A DNA stretch of 64,000 nucleotides from Clostridia bacterium (GCA_017457305.1 JAFTHP010000014.1:17066-81065), one strand, 5' to 3'; shown: positions 34,480 to 43,857, numbered from the stretch's first letter. Made by a program: numbers and translations. The notes: generated by a model from the sequence alone, not told the origin.

Positions 34480-35925
34480 ATGTTTACAAAATCATTGAAA
34501 AAATCAGCATTATTGCTTGTAGTTGCATTGCTACTTGTTAGCGTAGTTTTTGCAGCTTGTCAACCAACTGGAAAATTTACACCAGTAGAAGCTCCTGCAG
34601 CTGGCAAACTTGTTAGCGGCAATGGTGGTTCTGTTGTTAGATACGACGATTATTTTTACTATGTAAATGGTTACCAAGGCACAGCATCCGCTCCAAATGG
34701 ATACGATGATCAAATCCGCGTTGGACAAATTGTTCGCATCAAGGTAGAAAACATCGAAACCATGTTGAAGGTTTATGATAGCGACCTTTCTTCCACAAAA
34801 ATCAACGAAAGAATTGCTGAACTTGTAGAAGAACACGTTGAAATCGTTGTTCCATACTTCTACTACTCTTCCAACACAGCAGTTACAGACCTTACTGGTA
34901 TTTACATCTTCAAGACAGAAGGCGTAGAAAGATTGTACATCACAACACCATGTCAAGATAAGACAGCTAACGGTGCAAGCATGACAGAAAAGCTTACACT
35001 TATGAGCTTCAAACTTGATGGTAGCGATCCACAAACTCACTACACTTTCCCAAGCAACGCAATGCAAATCATGCTATCTGTAAAGAACGACGTTGTTTAC
35101 GCAACATACGTTAATAGCAGTGTAATTGGTTGCATCAACGTTAAAACTGGCGCAAACGTTTTGGCGGAAGTTGAAGAAATTGCTGGCGCAAAGTTCTCTA
35201 AGACAGACGCAGATAACTACGTATTCTTCACAGATAAGGACGGCGCAATCTGCCGTTACACAGCTGGTGCAGACAAACACGAAGTTCTTGTTGCCAACGA
35301 AGATAACGAAAAGATCACATACACAATCAAGTCCGTAAATAAGGATACTGTTTACTACACAGTTGCTAACACAGAAGAATCCTACAAAGATAACCTTACA
35401 TTGTTCTACACAAACAGCACAGTTACAGAACACGTTGTTGCATTGCAAGGTTTGCCATCTGGCACATACTACTGCTGGAACGGCAAGGTTGTTTATGTAA
35501 AGAAGGACAACAAGTCTGCTAACAAAACATTGTACAGCCTTGTAATCGTAAGCGGAAACGCTAACACAGCTGAAACAAACGTTACAATTTTGGACAAGGA
35601 AGACAACGCTCAATCTATCACATTTGTTAAGTTGGAAGGCGATGTATTGTTCTACACAAAGAACTCTGTAACATACTTCATCGACCTTGCTCAAGCATTT
35701 GATGCTCGCGTAGCAGATGCTAACGCAACAGTTACAGAAAACGTATTTGGTTACAATATGTCCACAACAGCTACTGGTTGGGCAACACCAGATACAATCG
35801 GCGAATACACATTTACACTTTCTTCCAGCTCCGTAACAGTAACAAAGTTTGATGCTGCTACACAAACAAACAGCAAGTCCGTAAATATCACATTGGTACA
35901 ACCAATTGAAGAAGACGCTGAATAA
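34480..35925 (+). CDS. Lipoprotein, probably a beta-propeller-like repeat protein (DUF5050-like guess)
   Basis: 481 aa. Signal and lipobox VFAAC, AAGGAG RBS. Recurrent short beta-strand motifs (FYYVNG, VVYATYVN, VYYTVAN, LFYTN, VVYVKK, VLFYTKN). Confidence 0.7.
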   Translation: MFTKSLKKSALLLVVALLLVSVVFAACQPTGKFTPVEAPAAGKLVSGNGGSVVRYDDYFYYVNGYQGTASAPNGYDDQIRVGQIVRIKVENIETMLKVYDSDLSSTKINERIAELVEEHVEIVVPYFYYSSNTAVTDLTGIYIFKTEGVERLYITTPCQDKTANGASMTEKLTLMSFKLDGSDPQTHYTFPSNAMQIMLSVKNDVVYATYVNSSVIGCINVKTGANVLAEVEEIAGAKFSKTDADNYVFFTDKDGAICRYTAGADKHEVLVANEDNEKITYTIKSVNKDTVYYTVANTEESYKDNLTLFYTNSTVTEHVVALQGLPSGTYYCWNGKVVYVKKDNKSANKTLYSLVIVSGNANTAETNVTILDKEDNAQSITFVKLEGDVLFYTKNSVTYFIDLAQAFDARVADANATVTENVFGYNMSTTATGWATPDTIGEYTFTLSSSSVTVTKFDAATQTNSKSVNITLVQPIEEDAE

Positions 35926-35941
35926 TCAATTTTGTACAAAT

Positions 35942-35976
35942 AACATCGCTATCACATTGGTAGCGATGTTTTTTTG
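35942..35976 (+). terminator. Terminator after the lipoprotein gene
   Basis: 10-bp stem AACATCGCTA/TAGCGATGTT followed by TTTTTTT. Confidence 0.8.
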
Positions 35977-36006
35977 TGCAAAAGCAAATTGTGCGGTATT
36001 TAGCAG

Positions 36007-36035
36007 TTGAGTTTGTTGGCGGAGTGTGGTATAAT
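36007..36035 (+). promoter_or_regulatory. Promoter driving the riboswitch-controlled operon
   Basis: TTGAGT-N17-TATAAT with an extended -10 TG. Confidence 0.6.
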
Positions 36036-36044
36036 GATAGTACA

Positions 36045-36175
36045 ATCAAATAAACGTGCAGGTTGCGTCAACTAGATACGCATTTGTGGGGGAATAATGT
36101 GCAAGTCATTAGCAGTCCCGCTACGGTAAGTCCCTTTGGGGAACAAGTCCGAATGCCCAACTGTATTGTAAAACG
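36045..36175 (+). promoter_or_regulatory. Cobalamin (B12) riboswitch
   Basis: GGGAATAATGTGCAAGTCATTAGCAGTCCCGCTACGGTAAG matches the conserved core (GGGAA..GGTG.AA.TC..GCTG.CCCGCAAC.GTAA), and AAGTCCGAATGCCCA resembles the B12 box. It lies between the promoter and the first gene. Boundaries are approximate. Confidence 0.65.
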
Positions 36176-36293
36176 AGCATTTCTTCGATGTAAAGAAAGG
36201 GCTATTTTTCTTTATGTAAAAATGGATTGTTCTTTTATCGTTGAGTACCGTTTTGTTGTTTGTTGGTTGAAAACAAAAAAGGAGAAAAACAAA

Positions 36294-36782
36294 ATGAAAA
36301 AGAACATTTCAACGTGGGTTTTGATTGTGCTTGTTGCTTTTTGTTGTCTGTTGACTAGTTGCGTTCAACCGCCAAAGCCAACAGAACTGGACAAGCTGAC
36401 CATTCCCCAACTCAAGGAAAATCAAATGGTGGTTATTGTCAAAATAGATGATGACAGTTACAAAAACTGTGTTGTAGATTTGGACGACCATAAAACAGCC
36501 GATGACGTACTAATGTACTTGCAACAAAATGAAGTATTAGAAATACAGTTTGTTGATGGCGATTACGGCAAATATTTGACCAAGATTGATGCCCTTGAAC
36601 AGAACGAAGCAGAGGGCAAATACATATCCGTTTATACTAGCGACAGTGTCAACCAAGCCACTTGGGCTGGAGCCATAATCTACACTGTTGGCAGTATCAC
36701 CATTGCTCCAGCAAAAGTGGGCATTAGCGAGCTTTCTGTTGGCAGTGGAACAGTGCTATACTTTGAAATTATTACATACTAA
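36294..36782 (+). CDS. DUF4430-like (transcobalamin-like) surface lipoprotein
   Basis: ORF trimmed to MKKNISTWVLIVLVAFCCLLTSC (lipobox, GGAG RBS). Small beta-rich domain ending GSGTVLYFEIITY. The gene is under the B12 riboswitch. Confidence 0.6.
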   Translation: MKKNISTWVLIVLVAFCCLLTSCVQPPKPTELDKLTIPQLKENQMVVIVKIDDDSYKNCVVDLDDHKTADDVLMYLQQNEVLEIQFVDGDYGKYLTKIDALEQNEAEGKYISVYTSDSVNQATWAGAIIYTVGSITIAPAKVGISELSVGSGTVLYFEIITY

Positions 36783-36817
36783 TCTGTTGTGTAATTTATT
36801 GAAAAATGGAGTGTAGC

Positions 36818-37405
36818 ATGACAAAAACAGTTTTCAAAAGCAAAACAATACCTATTGTTATATCTGCAATGTTTGCGGCTGTATTGGTAGGTGGAAAACA
36901 AGCCTTGTCGGCACTTCCCAACATAGAGGTGGTAACGCTGTTTGTTGCCCTGTGTGCTTATGTTTGGGGGATAAAAATTGTGCTATTTGCCACCAACGTA
37001 TTTATATTGTGTGAGTTAGCCATTTGGGGTATCAACACGTGGGTAATATCATATCTTGTGCATTTCAACGTTGTGGCAGTTGCCTTTTGGTTGTTATCTT
37101 TTGCCAAGACAAAGGGCGTGTGGAAGGTAATATCACCAACAATACTAGCGGTGGTGTTAACTGCAATGTTCGGCGTTTTAACAAGCGCAGTTGATACATT
37201 GATTGGCTTTAGTGGTGGCTTTTTTATTGTTGCCAAGGATTTTGCCAAACGATTTGCAGTGATGTATGCAACGGGAATTTACTTTTATTTGTTACACATT
37301 ACTTGTAACCTAATCTTGTTTGCAGTGGGGTTTATTCCACTTGTAAAAATCAACCAAAAAGCAAAGCAAAAACTACTTGTAGAAGAACAGGGAGAAAGTA
37401 TATGA
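36818..37405 (+). CDS. ECF-transporter S-component-like membrane protein (candidate cobalamin-specific)
   Basis: Start moved to the ATG at 36818 (GGAG 6 nt upstream). About 6 TM segments and about 195 aa. Sits in the B12-riboswitch operon. Confidence 0.5.
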   Translation: MTKTVFKSKTIPIVISAMFAAVLVGGKQALSALPNIEVVTLFVALCAYVWGIKIVLFATNVFILCELAIWGINTWVISYLVHFNVVAVAFWLLSFAKTKGVWKVISPTILAVVLTAMFGVLTSAVDTLIGFSGGFFIVAKDFAKRFAVMYATGIYFYLLHITCNLILFAVGFIPLVKINQKAKQKLLVEEQGESI

Positions 37406-37866
37406 TTCAACAGGCAACACAACAGGATATTCCGCAACTCTCTAAACTGTTGCAGTATATTTGTGACCTTCACTCCAAGATTAGGCCCGACCTTTTTGCT
37501 GCGGGAAAAAGCAAGTACAACGAGCAACAGTTGCTGGAATTGCTCCAAGATAGCTCGAGGCCCATATTTGTTTATCGTAATGAAGAAGGGCTTGCGGTTG
37601 GGTACATATTCTGTGCTGTAAAGCTTTGGCAAGGCGAGGGCTTTGTTCCTCAAAAATCCTTGTATATTGATGACCTTTGTGTCGACCAACAGTATCAGCA
37701 TCAAGGTATTGGCAAGGCGCTGTTCAACTACGCAAGGAACTACGCAAAGGAAATTCAATGTCACAACATTACGCTAAACGTGTGGCAAGGAAATGACAGT
37801 GCAATCAAGTTCTATCAAGATTTGGGATTGTCCGTTCAAAGGACGTTTTTGGAAGAAATTTTGTAA
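37402..37866 (+). CDS. GNAT-family N-acetyltransferase
   Basis: 154 aa. The acetyl-CoA-binding segment DQQYQHQGIGKALFNYA fits the Q/R-x-x-G-x-G/A motif. There is a 4-nt overlap with the upstream gene. Confidence 0.75.
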   Translation: MIQQATQQDIPQLSKLLQYICDLHSKIRPDLFAAGKSKYNEQQLLELLQDSSRPIFVYRNEEGLAVGYIFCAVKLWQGEGFVPQKSLYIDDLCVDQQYQHQGIGKALFNYARNYAKEIQCHNITLNVWQGNDSAIKFYQDLGLSVQRTFLEEIL

Positions 37867-37880
37867 TAGGAGATAACAAT

Positions 37881-38036
37881 ATGACAAGAAAAATTTTGAC
37901 AATTGTAGGCGCATTGTGCGGCGGAGTTGGCGTTTGTTTGGCTATTGGTATATCTACTCAAAATTGGTTGCCAGCTGTTTTGTGTGGTGTTGGCGTTGCC
38001 CTGTGCTTGATAAGCCCAGCACTAAAACACAAGTAA
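37881..38036 (+). CDS. Small (51-aa) two-helix membrane protein, absent from the supplied ORF track
   Basis: My own translation is MTRKILTIVGALCGGVGVCLAIGISTQNWLPAVLCGVGVALCLISPALKHK. TAGGAG RBS lies 8 nt upstream and a terminator follows directly. Confidence 0.5.
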   Translation: MTRKILTIVGALCGGVGVCLAIGISTQNWLPAVLCGVGVALCLISPALKHK

Positions 38037-38046
38037 ACTAACTAAT

Positions 38047-38082
38047 AAAAAAGGGAAGGCCTAATTGACCTTCCCTTTTTTT
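38047..38082. terminator. Bidirectional terminator shared by the B12 operon and proS
   Basis: 9-bp stem AAGGGAAGG/CCTTCCCTT flanked by A- and T-runs. Confidence 0.8.
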
Positions 38083-38096
38083 GGGTTATTTTGTTT

Positions 38097-39533
38097 TTAG
38101 TAAGCGCGTGCAACCAATGCAACAACAAGTTTATCCGATTTGTTTCCGCAAATTGTGCAACTATCTTGGAATACGGGTTCATCTAGCATTACGCGAACTG
38201 TTGCTTGGAGTTTTTCCTTGAGCAATGCTTCGCAATCGGCATCTTGATCCCAAACAACCTTTGCAAAGCACTTGCTATCCAACGCCTCTTGGAGTTCGTC
38301 CATATTGTGTGCAACTTTTACGTGGCTATCACGGAAAGCAAGGCTCTTGTTGTACATATTTGTTTGGATTTCTTCTAGTAGATTTGCAACGCTTTGTGCG
38401 ATGTTATCTAGTGGCAATGTAGCCTTTTCGCAAGTATCACGGCGGCTGTATGTGGAAACGCCGTTTTCGATATCTCTTGGACCAATTTCCAAACGTACAG
38501 GAACACCCTTCATTTCCCATTCGTTGAACTTCCATCCTGGGGATTGGTCACGTGTATCCAATTCTACGCGGATGCCAAGTTGACGTAGTTGAGCTGCAAC
38601 TTCGGTAGCCTTTTCGATTACGCCAGGTTTGTGTGCTGCAACAGGAACTACTACTGCTTGGATTGGAGCAACTTTTGGTGGAAGTACAAGACCGCGTTGG
38701 TCACCGTGTGCCATGATGATAGCGCCAATCAAACGTGTGCTAACACCCCAGCTGGATTGCCATACGTGCTTGTGCTTGCTGTCTTTATCTAGGAAAGTGA
38801 TATCGTAAGCCTTTGCAAACTTTTGACCAAAGTGGTGTGTTGTGCCTGCTTGCAAGCTCTTTCCGTCTAGCATCATCGCTTCCATACCGTATGTAGCTTC
38901 GGCGCCGGCAAACTTTTCCTTTTCGCTCTTTTGTCCGATAAATGTAGGCATAGCAAGGATATCACGAGCAAAGTCGTGGTAAAGTTGTAGCATATCCAAT
39001 GTTTCCGCCATGGATTCCTCACGAGTAGCATGTACTGTGTGACCTTCTTGCCACAAAAATTCCGATGTGCGAAGGAATGGACGAGTTGTCTTTTCCCAAC
39101 GAACTACGTTTGCCCATTGGTTGAGCTTTAGTGGCAAATCGCGGTAGCTGTTGATCCACTTGCTATACATACTGCAAATGATTGTTTCACTAGTTGGACG
39201 AACAACGCATGGTTCTGCAAGTTTTTCGCCACCGGCAACGGTAACAAGGGCAACTTCTGGGGCAAAGCCATCTACGTGCTCTGCTTCTTTATCCAACAAG
39301 CTTTGTGGAATTAGCATTGGAAAATAGGCATTTTGGTGGCCTGTAGCCTTGAAACGAGCGTCCAATTCACGTTGGATATTCTCCCAAATAGCATATCCGT
39401 ATGGGCGGATAACCATTGTTCCCTTGATTGGGCCATAGTCTACTAGTTGGGTTTTGAGCACCACGTCGGTGTACCATTGTGGAAAGTCCACGTTGATATC
39501 AGCTATTTCTTTTACAAATTGTTTATCTGCCAT
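38097..39533 (-). CDS. proS: Prolyl-tRNA synthetase (archaeal/eukaryote-like type)
   Basis: ORF trimmed to MADKQFVKEIADINVDFPQWYTD (GGAGG RBS). Class II motifs are present and there is no bacterial-type INS editing insertion. Confidence 0.9.
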   Translation of the reverse strand: MADKQFVKEIADINVDFPQWYTDVVLKTQLVDYGPIKGTMVIRPYGYAIWENIQRELDARFKATGHQNAYFPMLIPQSLLDKEAEHVDGFAPEVALVTVAGGEKLAEPCVVRPTSETIICSMYSKWINSYRDLPLKLNQWANVVRWEKTTRPFLRTSEFLWQEGHTVHATREESMAETLDMLQLYHDFARDILAMPTFIGQKSEKEKFAGAEATYGMEAMMLDGKSLQAGTTHHFGQKFAKAYDITFLDKDSKHKHVWQSSWGVSTRLIGAIIMAHGDQRGLVLPPKVAPIQAVVVPVAAHKPGVIEKATEVAAQLRQLGIRVELDTRDQSPGWKFNEWEMKGVPVRLEIGPRDIENGVSTYSRRDTCEKATLPLDNIAQSVANLLEEIQTNMYNKSLAFRDSHVKVAHNMDELQEALDSKCFAKVVWDQDADCEALLKEKLQATVRVMLDEPVFQDSCTICGNKSDKLVVALVARAY

Positions 39534-39633
39534 ATATTCCTCCACTTGCAAAAGGGGATGTATTTATCCTTCTTTTTGCCATTGAAAATTATCTTGTAGT
39601 AGTGTGTGCTAGGTAGCACTTTTGAGCAGTAAA

Positions 39634-39662
39634 AGTATAATACCTTGTTGAACTTTTGTCAA
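39634..39662 (-). promoter_or_regulatory. Promoter of proS
   Basis: Minus strand TTGACA-N17-TATACT, checked base by base. Confidence 0.6.
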
Positions 39663-39789
39663 CAAATAAGATATGTTATACTATTATTAATTAATTATAT
39701 ACATCTTTTTGACTACATTTACAGCACAAATTGAGCAATATGTTGCAAAAAGTTGCTAGTGGTGGTAAAATTAACAATAGAGGTGCATT

Positions 39790-41760
39790 GTGGAAAAAGA
39801 TTGGTGCAAAAAAACCTTAATATTTTTTGTTGTGGCGTTGCTTGTTGTGGCATCGTTCACCTTTGTGCAGCCAGTTCAAGCTGTAAGCAACGAACCGTAC
39901 TATCTTCAAAGCATTGCAAGCGGCAACAAGTTTGTTGGGGCAAGGATGTACGGCAACTATTTTGCCAACGACAACCTTACCAATGTGGACGGAATATACA
40001 TGGCAATGGGCGTTCCGGTATCGGTGGAAATTTACACTTCCGATAAGTTGCCCATAGACAGCAAGTTAGATTTTTCTCAACAAAACCCAATAATAGCCCA
40101 GTTAAAGGAAATTTTTGCTCAAATAAACGATATCATTGTATCAATAGACAACTTAACTAACCCAATGTACAATGGACAAAATGGATTGCCACAGTCGGAT
40201 GTGTTCAAATATAATAACGCAACAACAGGGCAAGAAGTAGAGATTTCTAGTGATACCTACACAATGTTGCAGTTGGCACAACAATGCTATTTGCAAACGG
40301 AAGGTTTGTTCAACCCCTGTGCCTACAGATTGGTGGACTTGTGGGGATTTTCTTCTAGGGTGTTTACCTACAATTTGACAACTGGTTGCTATGCTCAACC
40401 ATATGATAGAACCTTCGTGGAAGGTGGTGGCTATCAGCTACCAACGGACAACTACGTACAAGCTTTCAGCGACGAACAATTTGTTAGCTTTGCTCCATCA
40501 AGTGTGGTGCTAGAAGAAAGGAACAACAAATTTTACGTTACCAAAAATGTTAATCCAGCAGTTGTTGAACAGGATGGGATAACACATACATATCACCAAT
40601 GGCTAGATCTTGGTGGTGTCGCCAAGGGGTATGTAGCTGACCTTGTTGCACAGTTTTTGGAAAGCAAGGGACTGACCAACTACTACATAAGTGTTGGTGA
40701 CAGCAGTGTGCGTATGGGCAAGTTTTTGCAAGACAAAGAACATTTAATTGTACAACAAGACGCATTTAACCCTGCTTATAGTGCACTAGGCTACAATTTT
40801 ACTGATGTAGGTTTGGCGTGTAGTGGCAAGTATTTGCGCAATTATATGGTGGACGGTGTGGTGTACAACCATATCATAAATCCCAAAACAGGCATACCTT
40901 CTAATGGTGTTGTTGAAGGTGTTTTGGTGGCAACGGATGGACACAACTACACAGCAACTATAACCGACTGCTATGCTACGGCATTGTCAATAATGGACGA
41001 GCAACAGGTTGTTGATTACATCAATAGCAACCCTGATGTTTTAGTTAGTGCATTGTGTAAGAACGTAAAAGGACAACAAATAATCCTTTCCAACTTGGAC
41101 AAAAACAGCGTCTACACAAACAAGACTACCTTTGATAGTTATGCTTGGGCGTTAGAAAAATCCAATGGACAGTTGATTATTAATGAAAATGCCGTTGCTC
41201 CATCTAGTAGAAACGTAGGTCCAATCATTGCCATTGTGGTGGGTTGTGTGGTTATCTTTGCAGCAGTTGTAATTGTACTTTTACACTTTGTAAAAAAGAG
41301 CAAAAATAACCTTGTAGCGCAAGCGAGAAAATCATCCCCCTTTATGCGTGCAGATATTACTTTGTACTTTATTCTTGTACTTGTCGTGGTATTGCTACTT
41401 GTTGGCGTTATGCCAGAGCAAACTGCTGTAGTACAAATAGAAATCCACGATATGCAAACAGATCAACTATTGTTTGTGTACAACGTAAATAAAGATTCCA
41501 TCTACACCAATGAACAAAATGGATGGACGGTAACAACAGAAAGACAAAATAACCTTTTGACAGTAACTATTGCAAAAGAAATAGATGGTCAAACGCACTT
41601 TAACAAGATACAAATAGATATTTCCAATAACACTACCGTACAAATGGTTAGCTCCCTTTGTGGCAGACATCAGGAGTGTGTAAAAACTTTTCATCCAATA
41701 ACAATGGGAGGCGGCACAATTGTGTGTAGCCCTAACAATATCAAGGTAGTAACAAAGTAG
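39790..41760 (+). CDS. apbE: Secreted FAD:protein FMN transferase (ApbE) fused through a TM segment to a NusG-domain-II-like module
   Basis: 656 aa with a GTG start. Signal peptide ...FVQPVQA. ApbE motifs DLGGVAKGYVAD and YNHIINPKTG. TM IIAIVVGCVVIFAAVVIVLL plus a second TM. The C-terminal ~110 aa end in LCGRHQECVKT...GTIVCSPNNIKV. Confidence 0.75.
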   Translation: MEKDWCKKTLIFFVVALLVVASFTFVQPVQAVSNEPYYLQSIASGNKFVGARMYGNYFANDNLTNVDGIYMAMGVPVSVEIYTSDKLPIDSKLDFSQQNPIIAQLKEIFAQINDIIVSIDNLTNPMYNGQNGLPQSDVFKYNNATTGQEVEISSDTYTMLQLAQQCYLQTEGLFNPCAYRLVDLWGFSSRVFTYNLTTGCYAQPYDRTFVEGGGYQLPTDNYVQAFSDEQFVSFAPSSVVLEERNNKFYVTKNVNPAVVEQDGITHTYHQWLDLGGVAKGYVADLVAQFLESKGLTNYYISVGDSSVRMGKFLQDKEHLIVQQDAFNPAYSALGYNFTDVGLACSGKYLRNYMVDGVVYNHIINPKTGIPSNGVVEGVLVATDGHNYTATITDCYATALSIMDEQQVVDYINSNPDVLVSALCKNVKGQQIILSNLDKNSVYTNKTTFDSYAWALEKSNGQLIINENAVAPSSRNVGPIIAIVVGCVVIFAAVVIVLLHFVKKSKNNLVAQARKSSPFMRADITLYFILVLVVVLLLVGVMPEQTAVVQIEIHDMQTDQLLFVYNVNKDSIYTNEQNGWTVTTERQNNLLTVTIAKEIDGQTHFNKIQIDISNNTTVQMVSSLCGRHQECVKTFHPITMGGGTIVCSPNNIKVVTK

Positions 41761-41769
41761 ATTATTGCA

Positions 41770-42312
41770 ATGAACAAAACAAGGCTAACATCTAAATACT
41801 TTTCCGCAAAGCGACTAGCAACGTTGGCTGTGCTTTCGGCAATGGCACTTATATCTTTTATGATAGAAGGGCTATTTCCACCATTGTTTTTGCCTGGGGC
41901 AAAGATGGGCATATCCAACATCTTTTCTATGCTTGCGTTGCTGTTGCTAGGACCGCTAGAAGCCATTGTCGTAGTGGCTGTCAGGACGGTACTGGGTAGC
42001 TTGTTTGGTGGGGGAATTTCCACCTTGCTGTACAGCTTTTCGGCGGGTATGGTTGCCATAGTTGTTGGTTGCTATTTGGTGCGATTTGCGTTTCCCAAAG
42101 TTAGCATTGTTGCTATTTCGGTGGTATCGGCAGTAGTGCACAACGTCAGTCAGGTGTTGGTGTTCTGTTTGGTAAGTAACACTCCCCAAATGCTCTACTA
42201 CGCACCTTGGATGGCGCTACTTGGTATTGTTGCAGGTGTTATCGTGGGATTTGCGGTGTGGCTAATTGTCAAAAATTTGCCACAAAAAATGCTGTCCTCG
42301 TTGGCGGAATAG
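41770..42312 (+). CDS. Gx transporter family (heptaprenyl diphosphate synthase component I-like) membrane protein
   Basis: 180 aa. LSAMALISFMIEGLFPPLFLPGAKMGISNIFSMLALLLLG is typical of the family. Confidence 0.7.
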   Translation: MNKTRLTSKYFSAKRLATLAVLSAMALISFMIEGLFPPLFLPGAKMGISNIFSMLALLLLGPLEAIVVVAVRTVLGSLFGGGISTLLYSFSAGMVAIVVGCYLVRFAFPKVSIVAISVVSAVVHNVSQVLVFCLVSNTPQMLYYAPWMALLGIVAGVIVGFAVWLIVKNLPQKMLSSLAE

Positions 42313-42395
42313 AGTGTGTCAAATATTATTGGCAACAAGGCGGTAATATGATATAATAATAGACAAGAGCAATATGCTTTTGTCAAGGTAGATAG

Positions 42396-43208
42396 ATGAG
42401 TAACGTACTAATTTTCAATGATATCAGCGGTCTTGGCAACTGCTCTATGACCGCAAACGTATCAATTTTTACAAAACTAAATAATTACTGTATGCCAGTT
42501 GTAACATCCTACTATTCTTGCAACACAGCTTTTGGTAGCTACACGGTTGTGCCAAACAACGTGATTTCTGTTTGCGCACAAGACATTTTGTCTAGTTGTA
42601 AGCCACACGCAATGTACAGCGGATACTGTCACAGCAAGGAAATTTTGGCAGAAGTTACACAAGTGGCAAAGCAACTCAAGGGTGATGCTACAATATTTGT
42701 CGATCCAATCTTGGGGGATAATGGCAAGTTATACGGATCTTTCGATTCTGATTATTTGCAACAAATGAAGGAACTTGTGCAATTGGCTGACGTAATTACC
42801 CCTAACCTTACCGAGGCGTGCTTGCTGTCTGGCGTGGACTACAAGGAGCTTATCTCCCACAAAGAGCAGCCTGCGTTTTTGGGTTATTGCGGCAAAGTCT
42901 TTGCAGATATTTGTAGTAAGGTTGGTTGCAGTAACGTAGTAATTACTGGTATTGAGTGTGGTGCTCTTATTGGCAACGTCATTGTTGAAGGTAACAATAT
43001 TCGTTATGTAACAAACCAATATCATCACAAGTTTGTTACGGGAACTGGCGACGCATTTAGCTCGGTTGTGTGTGGCAAGATGCTACAAGGCGCTAGCCTT
43101 TTGGATGCAGTACAGGTTGCAACCGCTTTTGTAGAAAGGGCAATTTGCGCTTCCAACAAAGAAGGTCGTTTTGGCACAGAGTTAGGTGCTGTATTGGACA
43201 CATTGTAA
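42396..43208 (+). CDS. pdxK: Pyridoxal/pyridoxamine kinase
   Basis: 270 aa. Ribokinase-like fold with C-terminal GTGDAFSS anion-hole motif and an N-terminus of the PdxK/PdxY type. Confidence 0.7.
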   Translation: MSNVLIFNDISGLGNCSMTANVSIFTKLNNYCMPVVTSYYSCNTAFGSYTVVPNNVISVCAQDILSSCKPHAMYSGYCHSKEILAEVTQVAKQLKGDATIFVDPILGDNGKLYGSFDSDYLQQMKELVQLADVITPNLTEACLLSGVDYKELISHKEQPAFLGYCGKVFADICSKVGCSNVVITGIECGALIGNVIVEGNNIRYVTNQYHHKFVTGTGDAFSSVVCGKMLQGASLLDAVQVATAFVERAICASNKEGRFGTELGAVLDTL

Positions 43209-43221
43209 CAAGGAGTTTTTT

Positions 43222-43836
43222 ATGAACAGATTTAGAAATATTTCTTGGACAACAATCATATTGGTGTGTATCTTTTGTTTTCCTGCAGGGGTAGTGTTAG
43301 CAATACTCAAGGAAACTACACCAAAAATTCGCTCCAAACGCAAGCGCAACAAAAAGCGTGTTAACGCATTGAAGGTTTGGGGTTGGATATTGACAGTTAT
43401 TGGCGCAATTTGCATTATCCCAGCCGTTACTGAAAATATCCAAGATATTTGGGTAGGCATAGTCATTGCCGCTGGCGGTATTGCAATGTTAGTTGTAGCG
43501 TACATAAAGGAAGGTCAACACAGGAAATTTGATGAGTATCTCAACGTAATAGGGTTACAAAACATCACCAAATTGGATAGCATTTGTGCAATTATGAGAA
43601 GATCTCGCAAGCAAGTTGTTGCCGACTTGGAATTGATGATGAAAAAAGGCTACTTTGACGATTGCTACATTGATCACTCCAAGGGAGTTTTTGTGTTGCC
43701 ACAGGTATTTACAGCTCCACCAGTCGCACAAAAGCGCAAGCACAGTTATGCTGCAAAGTGTCCTAATTGTGGTGCAAACGTAATTGTAACCAACGGGGAA
43801 GTTGTAAGATGCGAATACTGCGGAACACCGCTGTAA
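43222..43836 (+). CDS. Membrane protein with a C-terminal zinc ribbon
   Basis: ORF trimmed to MNRFRNISWTTIILV (GGAG RBS). Three TM segments. C-terminal CPNCGANV...CEYCGTPL. Confidence 0.65.
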   Translation: MNRFRNISWTTIILVCIFCFPAGVVLAILKETTPKIRSKRKRNKKRVNALKVWGWILTVIGAICIIPAVTENIQDIWVGIVIAAGGIAMLVVAYIKEGQHRKFDEYLNVIGLQNITKLDSICAIMRRSRKQVVADLELMMKKGYFDDCYIDHSKGVFVLPQVFTAPPVAQKRKHSYAAKCPNCGANVIVTNGEVVRCEYCGTPL

Positions 43837-43857
43837 AATAAAAAGATAACTAAATTT

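Noticed and set aside
35074-35901. A 275-aa, extremely Cys- and Val-rich minus-strand ORF.
   Set aside because: It is antisense to the well-supported lipoprotein gene 34480..35925 (RBS, lipobox). Its composition (repeated C/V/N) is what the reverse frame of an A/C-rich coding strand produces.
39534-39740. A T-box leader upstream of proS.
   Set aside because: I looked on the minus strand for the T-box consensus (AAnnnGGGTGGTACCGCG-like) and a specifier-loop architecture and found neither. The leader from the predicted promoter is only about 100 nt long.
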